NCBI GenBank assembly: GCA_008012175.1
Contig: SSEF01000010.1
Location: forward strand, 2,923 to 66,922
Reading direction: 5' to 3'
Origin: Candidatus Moraniibacteriota bacterium
Lineage (GTDB): Bacteria; Patescibacteriota; Minisyncoccia; Moranbacterales; UBA1568
Length of the DNA: 64,000 nt
The first letter of the stretch is position 1; each line of letters opens with the position of its first letter. The translations under genes were made by a program, and so were the position numbers. Shown piece after piece: positions 19,227 through 29,274 of this stretch. The notes beneath the pieces are model-generated. The model had not been told where the DNA came from. It made no database searches and saw only the letters and a program-made list of their open reading frames with translations.

Positions 19227-19299
19227 GCCACCTTAGCTCAGTTGGTAGAGCGGCGCACTCGTAACGCGCAGGTCTCCAGTTCAATCCTGGAAGGTGGCT
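19227..19299 (+). tRNA. tRNA-Thr(CGU)
   Basis: GCCACCT/AGGTGGC acceptor stem, anticodon loop CTCGTAA, T-loop TTCAATC. Confidence 0.92.
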
Positions 19300-19371
19300 C
19301 ACTGAAAATTCGTATAGACGAAACCGCCTCGCCATTTCCGGATTTCGGATGGTTTTTCTAGCGTTCCTTGG

Positions 19372-20415
19372 TCATTCAGCAAGAGCCGTATCGACAAGCG
19401 TTTTCAGGTCGGCATATGGTGCCGCGCCAGAAACAAATTCACGATTGACGAATGTGGCTGGCGCAGATTCGATGAAGAAGTCTTCGGCGAGCCCTATATC
19501 GAGCGACACCTTTTCAGCAGACTGCTTCTCGTCGATGCAGCGTCCAAACGCGCGCGCATCCAGATCACGGACCCGCCAGGCATACTCTTTGAAACGGCGT
19601 TCCCCTCCAGGCTTTCCCCATTCGCTTTGCTTGCCAAAAAGAATATCAGCATAGGCCATGAAGTGCCCCTGAGCCGCCGCGCATTGCGCCGCTTCGGCCG
19701 CCCTGGGGGCTTCACGGTGAATTGGGAGCGGGAAGTGCTTCCAGACGATACGAACTCGATCGCCGTACTCCGAGAGCAGCCTCTTGTAGGCCTCATGATA
19801 TTCGCGACAGTACTGGCACTGAAAATCGGAGAAAACAACAAGCGTCACTGGTGCGTCCCGAGAGCCCAGTACGATATCGTCGTCACCGGTTTCTGGCGCG
19901 ACTAGATAGCGGCCGATTGGCATCCCGATCTTATTCACATCGAATACTAGCATTCCCTGCTCCTCATGAAAGAGTGGTTCCGCTTGGGCGTAGAATTCGG
20001 TTGCTTTCACGGCCCCGCTAAAAACAAATGCCGGCACCGTTGTCAATCGGAACGCCTCGATAGCGCGCTTTCCGGCATCGCTCGAAATATCGATGCGCTC
20101 CGCCTCGATCGTCGGCACGATACGGCGGAGCCAGAGCAAGGCTTCGCTCGGATCGCAGGTCGCGCAGCTCACATCGCTGATCACCTGAAGCGGTACTTTG
20201 GGCTCGGTGTACCCAACCCATGTCTTGCCGCCAGTGACGAGTATGTCATGCGATTGGATGGCCGGCCGGGAGAAACCGCTCCCTGTGAAGATCTGAACTA
20301 CGTCAACGAAGAGGCTGCCAAAAAAAAGCCCGGCAAGCACGACGATGCTGGCGATGAGATTTTCTCGGCGCTCTGACCAATGCTTGAGTGTCGCACTCAG
20401 GGTGTTCCATTGCAT
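19372..20415 (-). CDS. DsbA-family protein with two thioredoxin-like domains
   Basis: N-terminal TM, CATC and FSDFQCQYC motifs, HFPL, APATFVN. Confidence 0.88.
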   Translation of the reverse strand: MQWNTLSATLKHWSERRENLIASIVVLAGLFFGSLFVDVVQIFTGSGFSRPAIQSHDILVTGGKTWVGYTEPKVPLQVISDVSCATCDPSEALLWLRRIVPTIEAERIDISSDAGKRAIEAFRLTTVPAFVFSGAVKATEFYAQAEPLFHEEQGMLVFDVNKIGMPIGRYLVAPETGDDDIVLGSRDAPVTLVVFSDFQCQYCREYHEAYKRLLSEYGDRVRIVWKHFPLPIHREAPRAAEAAQCAAAQGHFMAYADILFGKQSEWGKPGGERRFKEYAWRVRDLDARAFGRCIDEKQSAEKVSLDIGLAEDFFIESAPATFVNREFVSGAAPYADLKTLVDTALAE

Positions 20416-20466
20416 ATGCGTTCAATGTTCTATGAGTTGAAATATTGAAAATAAAACCGATAGGAG

Positions 20467-20850
20467 CTAGTCACGGATTTCGTCTCCATCGCGGCAGGCC
20501 GGATATTCCCGAGGTTCCGCTATCGGCAGAGCCGCACCCTGAGCGAGCGCTTTATCACGGAGTGCGTTCAGCGAATACAGCCGGTCAGCTGGAATGAGAC
20601 GGTAATCTTCGTGACCGATCGTCAGATGCTCATGCGCCAGGTTTTTGGCGAAGCTCCCAGCCACGAGGCCGAGAGCGAAGAGCATCCCCCAAAAAACGAT
20701 ATGCGGTATCCGCCGATTCAGAGAGCCAAGGCTCGGCCTCGCGGCGAGCATATCCCGGTAATCTCCAGCAATCGCCGAAACCGTCGGGTAACGGGTGAGG
20801 AAGCGGTCCTTCAGACGGCCAACAAACCTAGAGAGAGAGGGTATTTCCAT
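20467..20850 (-). CDS. Hypothetical membrane protein
   Basis: Central TM, LTIGHEDY; codirectional with dsbA. Confidence 0.6.
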   Translation of the reverse strand: MEIPSLSRFVGRLKDRFLTRYPTVSAIAGDYRDMLAARPSLGSLNRRIPHIVFWGMLFALGLVAGSFAKNLAHEHLTIGHEDYRLIPADRLYSLNALRDKALAQGAALPIAEPREYPACRDGDEIRD

Positions 20851-20892
20851 AGCTGGCCAGACTAGCATGGCGGCAAAGCGAAGGCAAGCTGG

Positions 20893-21648
20893 TCAGCGGA
20901 GCGATCTGACAAAAGTTTCATTCAGCGCCTTGGGTGCTCGAAACGTCATAAACTCACCATGTGTATCGCCGTACCAGTCACTTACCCAGCCCTCGCAGTT
21001 CGTCGAGTTCACGCAGCTCGGATCCCAACCAGCATAGTCCACGTTCATGTTTCGCCAATAATCAATTCCAAATTGGAGCCGAGCCGTTTTGCTGATATTT
21101 GCTTCGATTTCGATCACGTACTGATGTCCGGGAGCCACCGCTATACGAGGATCATTCCAGGCGTGGTAGACCCGGAGAGGCACCCGGCTGAGATCAAGCA
21201 TGATCCGGTCTTTCTGGTGAAGGGCGATATCTGTCCCTGGATCCCCTTCAGTTTCGCCGAACCAGCTCGGCACCCGAGGAAAAAGACGGCCGATAAAGTG
21301 TCCGGGATCGTTTGGATCAATCGCTGCGGCAACAAACTCCTCTCCCGATGATACATCGCGTTCGATAATACGGATCGCGCGAATTTCAATGCTGGGAATA
21401 TCGGCAGATTCGTCGCGACAGGGCACATGAGTTGCGGCATTAATCCAGCCGACGAGTGCCGTGTAGCCTACGGGTGCCTCTGCCCGATGGATGACCTCAT
21501 GCTTCCACAGAGCGCCGTGAGGAGCGTCATCCAGCCATTCGACTGACTGCCGACAGTCAACCGATAGCGGCACAAAATAGACCGAACGAATCAGGACGAC
21601 GGAGACCACTGCAATGATCAAAAATCCGACACGTAGCAGTATCAACAT
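20893..21648 (-). CDS. Hypothetical secreted or membrane-anchored protein
   Basis: 251-aa ORF, N-terminal TM, Trp/Cys-rich soluble domain. Confidence 0.7.
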   Translation of the reverse strand: MLILLRVGFLIIAVVSVVLIRSVYFVPLSVDCRQSVEWLDDAPHGALWKHEVIHRAEAPVGYTALVGWINAATHVPCRDESADIPSIEIRAIRIIERDVSSGEEFVAAAIDPNDPGHFIGRLFPRVPSWFGETEGDPGTDIALHQKDRIMLDLSRVPLRVYHAWNDPRIAVAPGHQYVIEIEANISKTARLQFGIDYWRNMNVDYAGWDPSCVNSTNCEGWVSDWYGDTHGEFMTFRAPKALNETFVRSLR

Positions 21649-21754
21649 AAATTTCGCACGGGATTAGGCTTTCGAGATTGACAAATATACCATGATTTAC
21701 TATTATATGCAATAGTGATTTCAAGGAGTTCTTTCCAAGAAAGGCAGGTGTGCT

Positions 21755-22279
21755 ATGTCACGTCCGATCAAGGCAAGGCTGTGCTTTCAAGGTATCATCA
21801 AGCGCTTCAGTACGACCAGGGGCGGCGTCTCAACCCATTGGAGCTGGCAGCTGCAGTTCCGGATCCGGGAATTCGAGCGGTTGCTGAGATGCAGCGACCG
21901 AAGTCTCGAAAGACGGCTCATCGATTTCCTAGATCGAGGCGGCCTCATCGTGTACGTGCTTGACGGAGATACCGATGTTGTTGGCCTGGCAACGGTCAGT
22001 CCGCCATTCTCCGGGATCTCGTTGATTGAGGATTTCGTCATTTCGAGGGACGCCTCCGTGTTTCAGGACGACATATCTGGATGTCTCATTCAGGGCATCA
22101 GGCAACTCGCCGAAAACCCATCATACCAGGAAGGTCAACCATTCTCTATCTTCCTCGGAATGGGAACCCCGGAACTCTGCGGTCTGCGGCCCTTTTTTGA
22201 GAGCCACGGCTTTCATGTCTATGGGCCGGAATATCCGGACAGCTTGATAGCGAGGATCGACCAGTCTACCGCCGCCTGA
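21755..22279 (+). CDS. Hypothetical protein, possible divergent GNAT fold
   Basis: DVVGLATV...LIEDFVIS...FFESHGF pattern; promoter TTGACA(21678)-17-TATTAT, SD. Confidence 0.6.
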   Translation: MSRPIKARLCFQGIIKRFSTTRGGVSTHWSWQLQFRIREFERLLRCSDRSLERRLIDFLDRGGLIVYVLDGDTDVVGLATVSPPFSGISLIEDFVISRDASVFQDDISGCLIQGIRQLAENPSYQEGQPFSIFLGMGTPELCGLRPFFESHGFHVYGPEYPDSLIARIDQSTAA

Positions 22280-22297
22280 TGGACAGCTATCACATCC

Positions 22298-22337
22298 AGA
22301 GCCTCTGACGAGAATACCGTCCGGGGCTCTTTTTTTT
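22298..22337 (+). terminator. Intrinsic terminator
   Basis: AGAGCCTC...GGGGCTCT followed by a long T run. Confidence 0.7.
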
Positions 22338-22417
22338 ACCGCATCCTCTTGACGTCCATCGACTGGCTGAGATACTGGGTTCAGTTCCTTTACTTGATCA
22401 GAGGGAGAGGTGTCATC

Positions 22418-22666
22418 ATGCAAAAAGGGTCACGGAAGCTGCTCCTCTACGAACGGCCAGCCAATAATTCCCCGCTGTACCTTCTCTCCAGCGAAGGTGA
22501 GCGACATCCCATCGCAAGATTTATCCGGAGAGATGAAAACGGACGGAAACAGCCGTTCGACGGTGGAGAAGTCTACATCGGAGATATCGCCGTCATCCGA
22601 AAGAGAGACAGGGAATCCGAGATCGTTCTGGAAGCAACGTCTATCATAACCGACTTGGCTTCCTGA
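22418..22666 (+). CDS. Hypothetical protein (82 aa)
   Basis: SD GGGAGAGG; upstream TTGACG-16-GATACT. Confidence 0.55.
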   Translation: MQKGSRKLLLYERPANNSPLYLLSSEGERHPIARFIRRDENGRKQPFDGGEVYIGDIAVIRKRDRESEIVLEATSIITDLAS

Positions 22667-22725
22667 TCCCCGTCAAAAAATAGCAGTATCAAGTTTTACG
22701 CGCCTGATAGCCAAGATACCGGCTT

Positions 22726-23307
22726 TCAGGCGCTTTCGTTTTCAAATATCACGCTCAAGAGATCGGCACGTCCCTCGCCAGTTTTCGCTGAATAGCGGAT
22801 GACTCTGGCGGGGGAAAAATCTTTTTCGAAAGCCCGGATGTTGCGATCGATGTCAGACCGGCGCCCCTTGTCACACTTATTGGCGAGGATCAGCACCGGT
22901 CGGCCATACTCCGTAAGGAGCTGGAATGCCTCCCGGTCGGAATCTTTGGCTCCGACTTCGGCATCGACGATGAGGACGGCGGTCCGGATATCGATCCGCA
23001 TATCGGCCGCGAACCAGGAAATGTAGCCAGCCATCTTCTTCCGCATGGGACCAGGGACATTGGCGTATCCGTAACCGGGCAAATCGGCCAGATACCAGCT
23101 GCCATTCACGAGGAAATAGTTGATTTCTGTCGTCCGACCGGCACGCTTGTTGGCGTATGCCAGGTCTTTATGGCGGGTGAGACTGTTGATGACGCTCGAT
23201 TTTCCGACGTTGGAACGGCCGAAAAACGCTACGACCGGACGGGGCGGCTCTGGCAGCCCTTCGGAACCGATGACGCCTTTTATAAATACAGCCGTACGTA
23301 TTTCCAT
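22726..23307 (-). CDS. engB: Ribosome biogenesis GTPase EngB/YihA/YsxC
   Basis: GRSNVGKSS, DLPGYG, NKCD, SAK. Confidence 0.93.
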   Translation of the reverse strand: MEIRTAVFIKGVIGSEGLPEPPRPVVAFFGRSNVGKSSVINSLTRHKDLAYANKRAGRTTEINYFLVNGSWYLADLPGYGYANVPGPMRKKMAGYISWFAADMRIDIRTAVLIVDAEVGAKDSDREAFQLLTEYGRPVLILANKCDKGRRSDIDRNIRAFEKDFSPARVIRYSAKTGEGRADLLSVIFENESA

Positions 23308-23478
23308 AAGAGCTCGATAAAGCGACAATTCATCCTGGCAGATATACTCAGGATCGGCAAGAAAAACTCCCATTGACAGTTCTGATACGGTATGGCACAG
23401 TTCATCCTGTGTAATTTACAGCTGTTTGCCTGTTCCTCGCCTGTTCATTTTCAACTGTACGGTATACACGGAGGCATC

Positions 23479-23859
23479 ATGTCAGAACTGAATACTGTCG
23501 TACATCAGGAGCTATGGGAATCCGTGCGGGAAGCTGCCGCCAAACTGGCGATCATCTCGCCCCGCCATGAGCTTCTCCAGTATTTCCGCACCGACCATGG
23601 CGACCTGCTCGAGCGGATGGATTTCAGGGGGCGGTTCGCCCCGACGGCCGTGCCGACTGAAAACAGCATCCCCTCTGCAGAAGAAGTGGGTGAGTACATG
23701 CTCATGGCATTCCATCTGGCCCTGAACGAAGCCTGCTTTGATCCGGAGAAAGAAATCGTCATCGATCATGCGATGCTGGGCGATCCGGATATGAGAGCGG
23801 ATGCCCTCAATCTCATGTCCATTTCTGCCCCTGATTGGGCCATCCCTGGCATAGAGTGA
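23479..23859 (+). CDS. Hypothetical protein
   Basis: SD GGAGG before ATG 23479; TTGACA at 23373. Confidence 0.6.
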   Translation: MSELNTVVHQELWESVREAAAKLAIISPRHELLQYFRTDHGDLLERMDFRGRFAPTAVPTENSIPSAEEVGEYMLMAFHLALNEACFDPEKEIVIDHAMLGDPDMRADALNLMSISAPDWAIPGIE

Positions 23860-23872
23860 AAGGAGTATCCAC

Positions 23873-24004
23873 GTGAGCATCATCCTCATCGAAGGTCAGA
23901 CGCTTTTCTGGCTCCTGTTCTTTGTCATCGCCATTGGTTGCGCTGCGAGCATCTTCATCGGATCCCTTCGGCCACCCAGCCGGAAAGACCGATACTCCCG
24001 ATAA
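23873..24004 (+). CDS. Small single-TM protein (43 aa, below the ORF-track cutoff)
   Basis: AAGGAG SD, GTG start, MSIILIEGQTLFWLLFFVIAIGCAASIFIGSLRPPSRKDRYSR, terminator follows. Confidence 0.6.
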   Translation: MSIILIEGQTLFWLLFFVIAIGCAASIFIGSLRPPSRKDRYSR

Positions 24005-24082
24005 TGAGCCCCCCCTGAGAGCACTGCTTTCGGGGGTTTTCTTTGCAAAAAATCCTGGGGTTATGATGTACCCGGGAACCAG

Positions 24083-24298
24083 TCAATCGTCGCCGTAGCG
24101 GGAAATGATATCGGCTAGAAGACGATCGATTTCCTGCTGTTCCGGAGAACCCGGCCGCGTCATGAGACGGGCGGTCTCGAGTGCCGCTTCGGCCTTGCGG
24201 CGGTCATCGCGGTTATAAAACCCGTTATCGAAGTCCTCCGACACCTCCTCCAGGATCTGTTGCGTGCTTTTACCTGGTTCGATCTGCTCAAACGACAT
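24083..24298 (-). CDS. Small hypothetical protein
   Basis: 71-aa helical-looking ORF starting MSFEQIEP. Confidence 0.55.
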   Translation of the reverse strand: MSFEQIEPGKSTQQILEEVSEDFDNGFYNRDDRRKAEAALETARLMTRPGSPEQQEIDRLLADIISRYGDD

Positions 24299-24411
24299 AG
24301 GTTTTTTCAAAGGTATTCCTGCTTATTCCTGAAAATATCGAAGCTGCTTTAAGAATGCGTCTCCTTCCTCCTCCGCGCATTCTCAATTCAAGGGGGGGGC
24401 GACTGATCTCT

Positions 24412-24615
24412 TCACTTTCCGAGTACTGCGCTCACGTACTGGCCGATATAGTACGGCCAGAGGAGCACCGCGAGGAGCCCCTTGCCGAACGACAGGTCCA
24501 GGAACCCGATCGTGAAGAGCCAGGCGGCAAACCAGGAGAATGCCGTGAAGCTGTGATTCTCTACTTTCACCTTGTCCATAAGCGTGTTGCTTACTTGTTT
24601 AAAGACCCCTGACAT
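24412..24615 (-). CDS. Small membrane protein
   Basis: WFAAWLFTIGFLDLSFGKGLLAVLLWPYYIG. Confidence 0.7.
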   Translation of the reverse strand: MSGVFKQVSNTLMDKVKVENHSFTAFSWFAAWLFTIGFLDLSFGKGLLAVLLWPYYIGQYVSAVLGK

Positions 24616-24651
24616 TGCAAGTATACACCCGGCTTTTCTACCTTTTCGCTC

Positions 24652-24954
24652 TCAATTGCCTTTCTGCGCGTCGAAGCCGATGGGGTTCGTGGTCGGGGCT
24701 TCGGACGGTTTCACTTCGCCGAACTGCTTTTCGTATTTCGTCATATTGTCGGCGAGCGCGGCCACGATGCGCTTCATATGACTCGGTGACACGATGACGC
24801 GCGCGTTCAATGATCCGGCTGGCGGATACACCGACAGGAAATCGAGCACAAATTCCTCGGCCGTATGCATCACCTGCATCATATTCGCATACTCCCCTTT
24901 GAGTACGGCATCACTCGCCTTGATCTGAACCTGCTGCTGTTGTGGTTGGGTCAT
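24652..24954 (-). CDS. DUF3467-like protein
   Basis: GEYANMMQVMHTAEEFVLDF...ARVIVSPSHMKR...YEKQFGE. Confidence 0.8.
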   Translation of the reverse strand: MTQPQQQQVQIKASDAVLKGEYANMMQVMHTAEEFVLDFLSVYPPAGSLNARVIVSPSHMKRIVAALADNMTKYEKQFGEVKPSEAPTTNPIGFDAQKGN

Positions 24955-25007
24955 AAAGAAGTCATCTTGAAGAATTTACTTATTACTCTTACCCGCATTT
25001 ACAAAAG

Positions 25008-25691
25008 CTAACTCTTGATTAATAGATCACACAGATCTTTGTAGAACCTCGAAGTACACTCTATGGAACTTAGCTTTAAGCTAAGTGTTTTAGCTAAAGT
25101 AACATTATCCCACTTTCTAAAGTACTTTATATCGGAATCGGTAAAAGACCTACTTTTTCCAGAGCCATGAACGAGAATATTTCTTCGATGATAGAGCCAG
25201 TCAGCATATCCTAAAACCGAATTTGGTATTTTGGGATGCTTTGCAACTTTACTTGAGGAGATGGAACCTATGTTTGGATTAACACGGGGCCTTGAAACAT
25301 CAGTATCAGCCCAAGAGTAGCACTTTGATAGCAGATCAAAGAGCTTTTTTCTGTGACTTAGAGATAAGTAGTTTAGAGTGAGCTCTCTGCGTAGTCGCTC
25401 TTGTGTTGCTGCCCGCGGATCTGCTGCGAGAAGTAGCTTAAATACTTCACCTTGTGCTATAGGCTCATCGAGTTTACTGAGAATTGAGTTTCTGAAGTCA
25501 GAGCTATCTGCTGCGAAAGAGACTAATAAAGAGTCGATAAGGGAGTCAAAGCGATTGGTTACATCTATAAAGACAAGCTTTTGTAAGTGACGACGACTGG
25601 CGTCAGGAATACCACTTAGTTCTTTAATTGCTGATACGATATCTTCATTGAGATAGTTAATAAATGACTGTATTTCCCCTAGTTTGTTCAT
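25008..25691 (-). CDS. Low-GC HEPN-like protein (putative RNase)
   Basis: RNILVH matches the Rx4H HEPN motif in a helical C-terminal context; AT-rich relative to flanks. Confidence 0.6.
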   Translation of the reverse strand: MNKLGEIQSFINYLNEDIVSAIKELSGIPDASRRHLQKLVFIDVTNRFDSLIDSLLVSFAADSSDFRNSILSKLDEPIAQGEVFKLLLAADPRAATQERLRRELTLNYLSLSHRKKLFDLLSKCYSWADTDVSRPRVNPNIGSISSSKVAKHPKIPNSVLGYADWLYHRRNILVHGSGKSRSFTDSDIKYFRKWDNVTLAKTLSLKLSSIECTSRFYKDLCDLLIKS

Positions 25692-25732
25692 ACTATTAAA
25701 TAAAGGTGGCGCGCTCAGGCCCCGCTCGGTCG

Positions 25733-26710
25733 TTACTGCTTATTCGGTTGAACGGCATTATCGCCTTCCTGCCTCTTCTCATCTACCTCGATATCCTTCG
25801 GCACTTCTGTCACATCAGCCGTGGCGATCTTTACCGGTTCAGGGAGCTTGGGCTCTTTGGGAAAATTGACGAGCGCTATGACGAAGAGGATGAGCGTCGT
25901 GACGAATGGGACATGGTAGTTGCCGAGCGACATGAGAAAGGAAAACACAAACGGCACCGGGAGGAGGTAGAGTGCGGACAGGTATGCCCGTCCATAGCGG
26001 AGCGCGTGGCCGTTGGCATGGGCCGCGAGCATGACGACGAGCGCTCCGAGGAGGCTGTAGATGAGATAGCCGATCCAGAGGCCGAGGTAGATGAAGACCG
26101 GGGTGACCGCCATGAGCGCGATGACTGCTCCTCGGGCAAAGGCGAATCCCCGATTCACCCATGAGGCGACGAGGTTTTCATCGGCGGTAAATGACTCGCG
26201 GAAACCGGAATCGCGCAGGTTGAAGATACGCGTCTCGCCGCGCTCGGGGTTCTGGAAGCCGATATCGTTTTTCCCGATGACGACGACCGCCTGATAGCGA
26301 GCGAAGGAGTCCGTCGAAACGGGCTCGTCGGTATTGATGGCGACGAGGTTCATGGGGAGCTCGTCCACACGGCAGTCCTGATAGGCCCGCTTGCAATGCG
26401 AACGCATCTGCCACTCCCGCGGGACGGGTACGACGACTGGATTCGGCTGATTCGTCGCGATGACGCCATCCTTCACGGTCACGACGAGGCCGTCGGGGTA
26501 GAGGCTGGTGACGAGAGCGCGCTGCATTTCCCAGTCGCCGGAGCGCATGGACTGAACAGTGCGGAGCGCGCCCGGGAGCATGGTCGCTACGATGCCGAGG
26601 GTCAGGACGAGGACCGCGATGGAATAGAACGCCATCCCCTGATTGGTCGTAAAGGTACCGTCACGGAAGAAGTCCGGGCGATAGGCAAGTTTTTTCAGTC
26701 GTTCGAGCAT
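25733..26710 (-). CDS. DUF1189-like membrane protein
   Basis: N-terminal TM, large loop, three or more C-terminal TMs. Confidence 0.7.
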   Translation of the reverse strand: MLERLKKLAYRPDFFRDGTFTTNQGMAFYSIAVLVLTLGIVATMLPGALRTVQSMRSGDWEMQRALVTSLYPDGLVVTVKDGVIATNQPNPVVVPVPREWQMRSHCKRAYQDCRVDELPMNLVAINTDEPVSTDSFARYQAVVVIGKNDIGFQNPERGETRIFNLRDSGFRESFTADENLVASWVNRGFAFARGAVIALMAVTPVFIYLGLWIGYLIYSLLGALVVMLAAHANGHALRYGRAYLSALYLLPVPFVFSFLMSLGNYHVPFVTTLILFVIALVNFPKEPKLPEPVKIATADVTEVPKDIEVDEKRQEGDNAVQPNKQ

Positions 26711-26723
26711 ATGATTTGTGATA

Positions 26724-26745
26724 AAGCGGGGCATATGCCCCGCTT
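26724..26745 (-). terminator. Hairpin after dnaK
   Basis: Perfect palindrome AAGCGGGGCATATGCCCCGCTT. Confidence 0.65.
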
Positions 26746-26757
26746 GTATCCTACTCC

Positions 26758-28689
26758 TTACTTTTTCTCCTCGCCATCGGCGGGCTTTTCCTCCACTTCG
26801 GCGTCCTTGGGCGCCTCTTCAGCCGCGCCCTCAGGCTTGGCTTCGCCAGTCGCACCGGCGGCCGGCTGCTGCGCTGCCTGCGCTTCCTGAGCGGCTTTGT
26901 AGAGCTTCTCGCCGATCTTCTGTGCGGCCTGCGAGAGCGCCTCGGTATGCTTCTTGATCGCCTCGAGGTCGTCGCCGTTCTTCACGTTGGCAAGCTGAGC
27001 GATCGCTTCTTCGACCGGCTTCTTCTCTTCGGCCGTGAGCTTGTCGCCCGCATCTTTCATGGCCTTCTCGGTCGTGTAGCTGAGGGTGTCGGCCATGTTC
27101 CGCGCTTCTATCAGGTCTTTCTTTTTCTTGTCTTCTTCGGCGTGGAGCTCGGCGTCTTTCTTCATACGCTCGATCTCGTCTTTCGATAGACCGGTGCTGG
27201 ACTCGATGCGGATACTCTGCGTCTTGCCGCTCGCCTTGTCTTTGGCAGTCACCGAGAGAATGCCGGACGCGTCGATGTCGAACGATACCTCGATCTGCGG
27301 GATGCCGCGCGGCGCCGGCGGGATGCCGTCGAGGACGAAGCGGCCGAGGGACTTGTTGTCAGCGGCCATCTCGCGTTCACCCTGCAGCACATGGATCTCG
27401 ACCTGCGGCTGATTGTCGGCCGCGGTAGAGAACACCTGGCTCCGGGATACCGGGACGGTGGTGTTGCGCTCGATGAGAGGCGTGCGGACGCCGCCGAGCG
27501 TCTCGATGCCGAACGTGAGCGGAGTTACGTCGAGGAGGAGTACGTCTTTCACGCTCCCCTCGAGCACGCCGCCCTGGATGGCCGCGCCGATCGCGACGAC
27601 TTCATCCGGGTTGACGCTGATATTCGGCTTCTTGCCGAAGAACTTCTCGACGGTGGCGAGGACGAGCGGCATGCGGGTCATACCGCCGACCAACACGACT
27701 TCATTGATGTCAGAAGCCGAGAGCTTGGCATCGGCGAGCGCCTTCTTCACCGGCTCGAGCGTGCCCTCGACCAGGTCATGGACGAGCTCTTCGAGCTTGG
27801 CCCGAGTGAGCTTCATGACGAGGTGCTTCGGACCATCCGCACCGCTCGTGATGAACGGCTGATTGATTTCGGTTTCCTGCGCGGTGGAGAGTTCGATCTT
27901 CGCCTTTTCCGCGGCTTCCTTGATGCGCTGGAGCGCGAGCGGGTCCTTCGAGATGTCGAGACCCTCCTGCTTCTTGAACTCATCGAGGATCCAGTGGATG
28001 ACGCGCTGGTCGAAGTCGTCGCCGCCGAGATGCGTGTCACCATTGGTCGACTTCACTTCGACGGTATCCTCGGACACTTCCAGGATGGAGATGTCGAAGG
28101 TGCCGCCACCGAGGTCATAGACGGCGATCTTTTCGTCTTTCTTCTTGTTGAAGCCATAGGCGAGCGCGGCCGCGGTTGGCTCATTGATGATGCGGCGGAC
28201 ATTCAGTCCGGCGATCTCGCCGGCCTCCTTGGTCGCCTTCCGTTGCGCATCGTCGAAGTACGCCGGGACGGTGATGACCGCGTCGGTGATCTTTTCCCCG
28301 AGTTTTTCCTCAGCGTCGGCCTTCAATTTCTGGAGCACCATGGCGCTGATTTCCTGCGGGCTGTACTCCTTGCCGCCCATGACGACCTTGGCGCCATGCT
28401 CGGACTTGGTCACCTTGTACGGAAGCGTCTTCATGTCGCGCTGCACTTCTTCGTCCTCGAATCGGCGGCCGATGAGGCGCTTCACCGAGAAGAGCGTGTT
28501 CTCCGGGTTCGTCACGGACTGGCGCTTGGCGAGGAGTCCGACGAGGCGCTCGCCGGTCTTCGACACCGCGACCATACTAGGCGTGGTGCGATTGCCTTCC
28601 TTGTTTTCGATGACGCTGGGGCTGCCACCTTCGACGACCGACATGGCCGAGTTGGTGGTCCCGAGGTCGATACCGAGTATCTTTGCCAT
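26758..28689 (-). CDS. dnaK: Chaperone DnaK
   Basis: [30 protein letters not shown]. Confidence 0.99.
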   Translation of the reverse strand: MAKILGIDLGTTNSAMSVVEGGSPSVIENKEGNRTTPSMVAVSKTGERLVGLLAKRQSVTNPENTLFSVKRLIGRRFEDEEVQRDMKTLPYKVTKSEHGAKVVMGGKEYSPQEISAMVLQKLKADAEEKLGEKITDAVITVPAYFDDAQRKATKEAGEIAGLNVRRIINEPTAAALAYGFNKKKDEKIAVYDLGGGTFDISILEVSEDTVEVKSTNGDTHLGGDDFDQRVIHWILDEFKKQEGLDISKDPLALQRIKEAAEKAKIELSTAQETEINQPFITSGADGPKHLVMKLTRAKLEELVHDLVEGTLEPVKKALADAKLSASDINEVVLVGGMTRMPLVLATVEKFFGKKPNISVNPDEVVAIGAAIQGGVLEGSVKDVLLLDVTPLTFGIETLGGVRTPLIERNTTVPVSRSQVFSTAADNQPQVEIHVLQGEREMAADNKSLGRFVLDGIPPAPRGIPQIEVSFDIDASGILSVTAKDKASGKTQSIRIESSTGLSKDEIERMKKDAELHAEEDKKKKDLIEARNMADTLSYTTEKAMKDAGDKLTAEEKKPVEEAIAQLANVKNGDDLEAIKKHTEALSQAAQKIGEKLYKAAQEAQAAQQPAAGATGEAKPEGAAEEAPKDAEVEEKPADGEEKK

Positions 28690-28722
28690 AGGTTTGAGAT
28701 TAAATGATTGAAAATTGATTAC

Positions 28723-29274
28723 TTATGAAACGATGACTTTGGCTGGCCTGACTATCCTCCCCTTTATCTGATAGCCCTTCTGCACGATCTTCTCTATCCT
28801 GAGCGGTTTCTCATCTTCGCCTTCCTTTGCCTGATGATCGAGCGCTTCGTGACGGGTCGGGTCAAACGCGTCTCCCGGCTTCGCCTCGAGCGGCTCGACG
28901 CCGTAATTTCGGAGTACGTCCTCGAACTGTTTCTCGATATAGGTGATACCGGTGACCCAGGGACTCCCCGCGGCTTCAGCCGGGACATGCTCGACCGCGG
29001 CGTGCAGGTTGTCGAGGACTGGGATGAGCTCGCTCACGATCTGCCCCGAGAGGTGGCCGTAGAGCTCGCGTTCGTCGTTCTTCACCCGCTTCTTGTAGTT
29101 TTCAAAGTCGGCCTGCACCCGTCGGAGGTCATCGAGATACTCGGCCGCCTTAGCCTCGTGATCAACCGCCGTTTCTGCTTCGGGTGTCGTTTCGGCGGTC
29201 GGTTCGGTCACGACCGTTTCCGGTTCGACCTCGATTTCGGCATCTGGCTTCCGTGTTTCTTCTTTGTTAGACAT
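28723..29274 (-). CDS. grpE: Nucleotide exchange factor GrpE
   Basis: ADFENYKKR, LIPVLDNL, FDPTRHEA, KGY...RIVRPAKV. Confidence 0.95.
   Translation of the reverse strand: MSNKEETRKPDAEIEVEPETVVTEPTAETTPEAETAVDHEAKAAEYLDDLRRVQADFENYKKRVKNDERELYGHLSGQIVSELIPVLDNLHAAVEHVPAEAAGSPWVTGITYIEKQFEDVLRNYGVEPLEAKPGDAFDPTRHEALDHQAKEGEDEKPLRIEKIVQKGYQIKGRIVRPAKVIVS

Noticed and set aside
15392-19299. tRNA-anchored integrated element
   Set aside because: No integrase and no duplicated tRNA 3' end noticed; the tRNAs flank core ftsEX and prfB.
27391-28707. 438-aa ORF antisense to dnaK
   Set aside because: Well-known shadow ORF caused by dnaK codon bias; no independent start signals.
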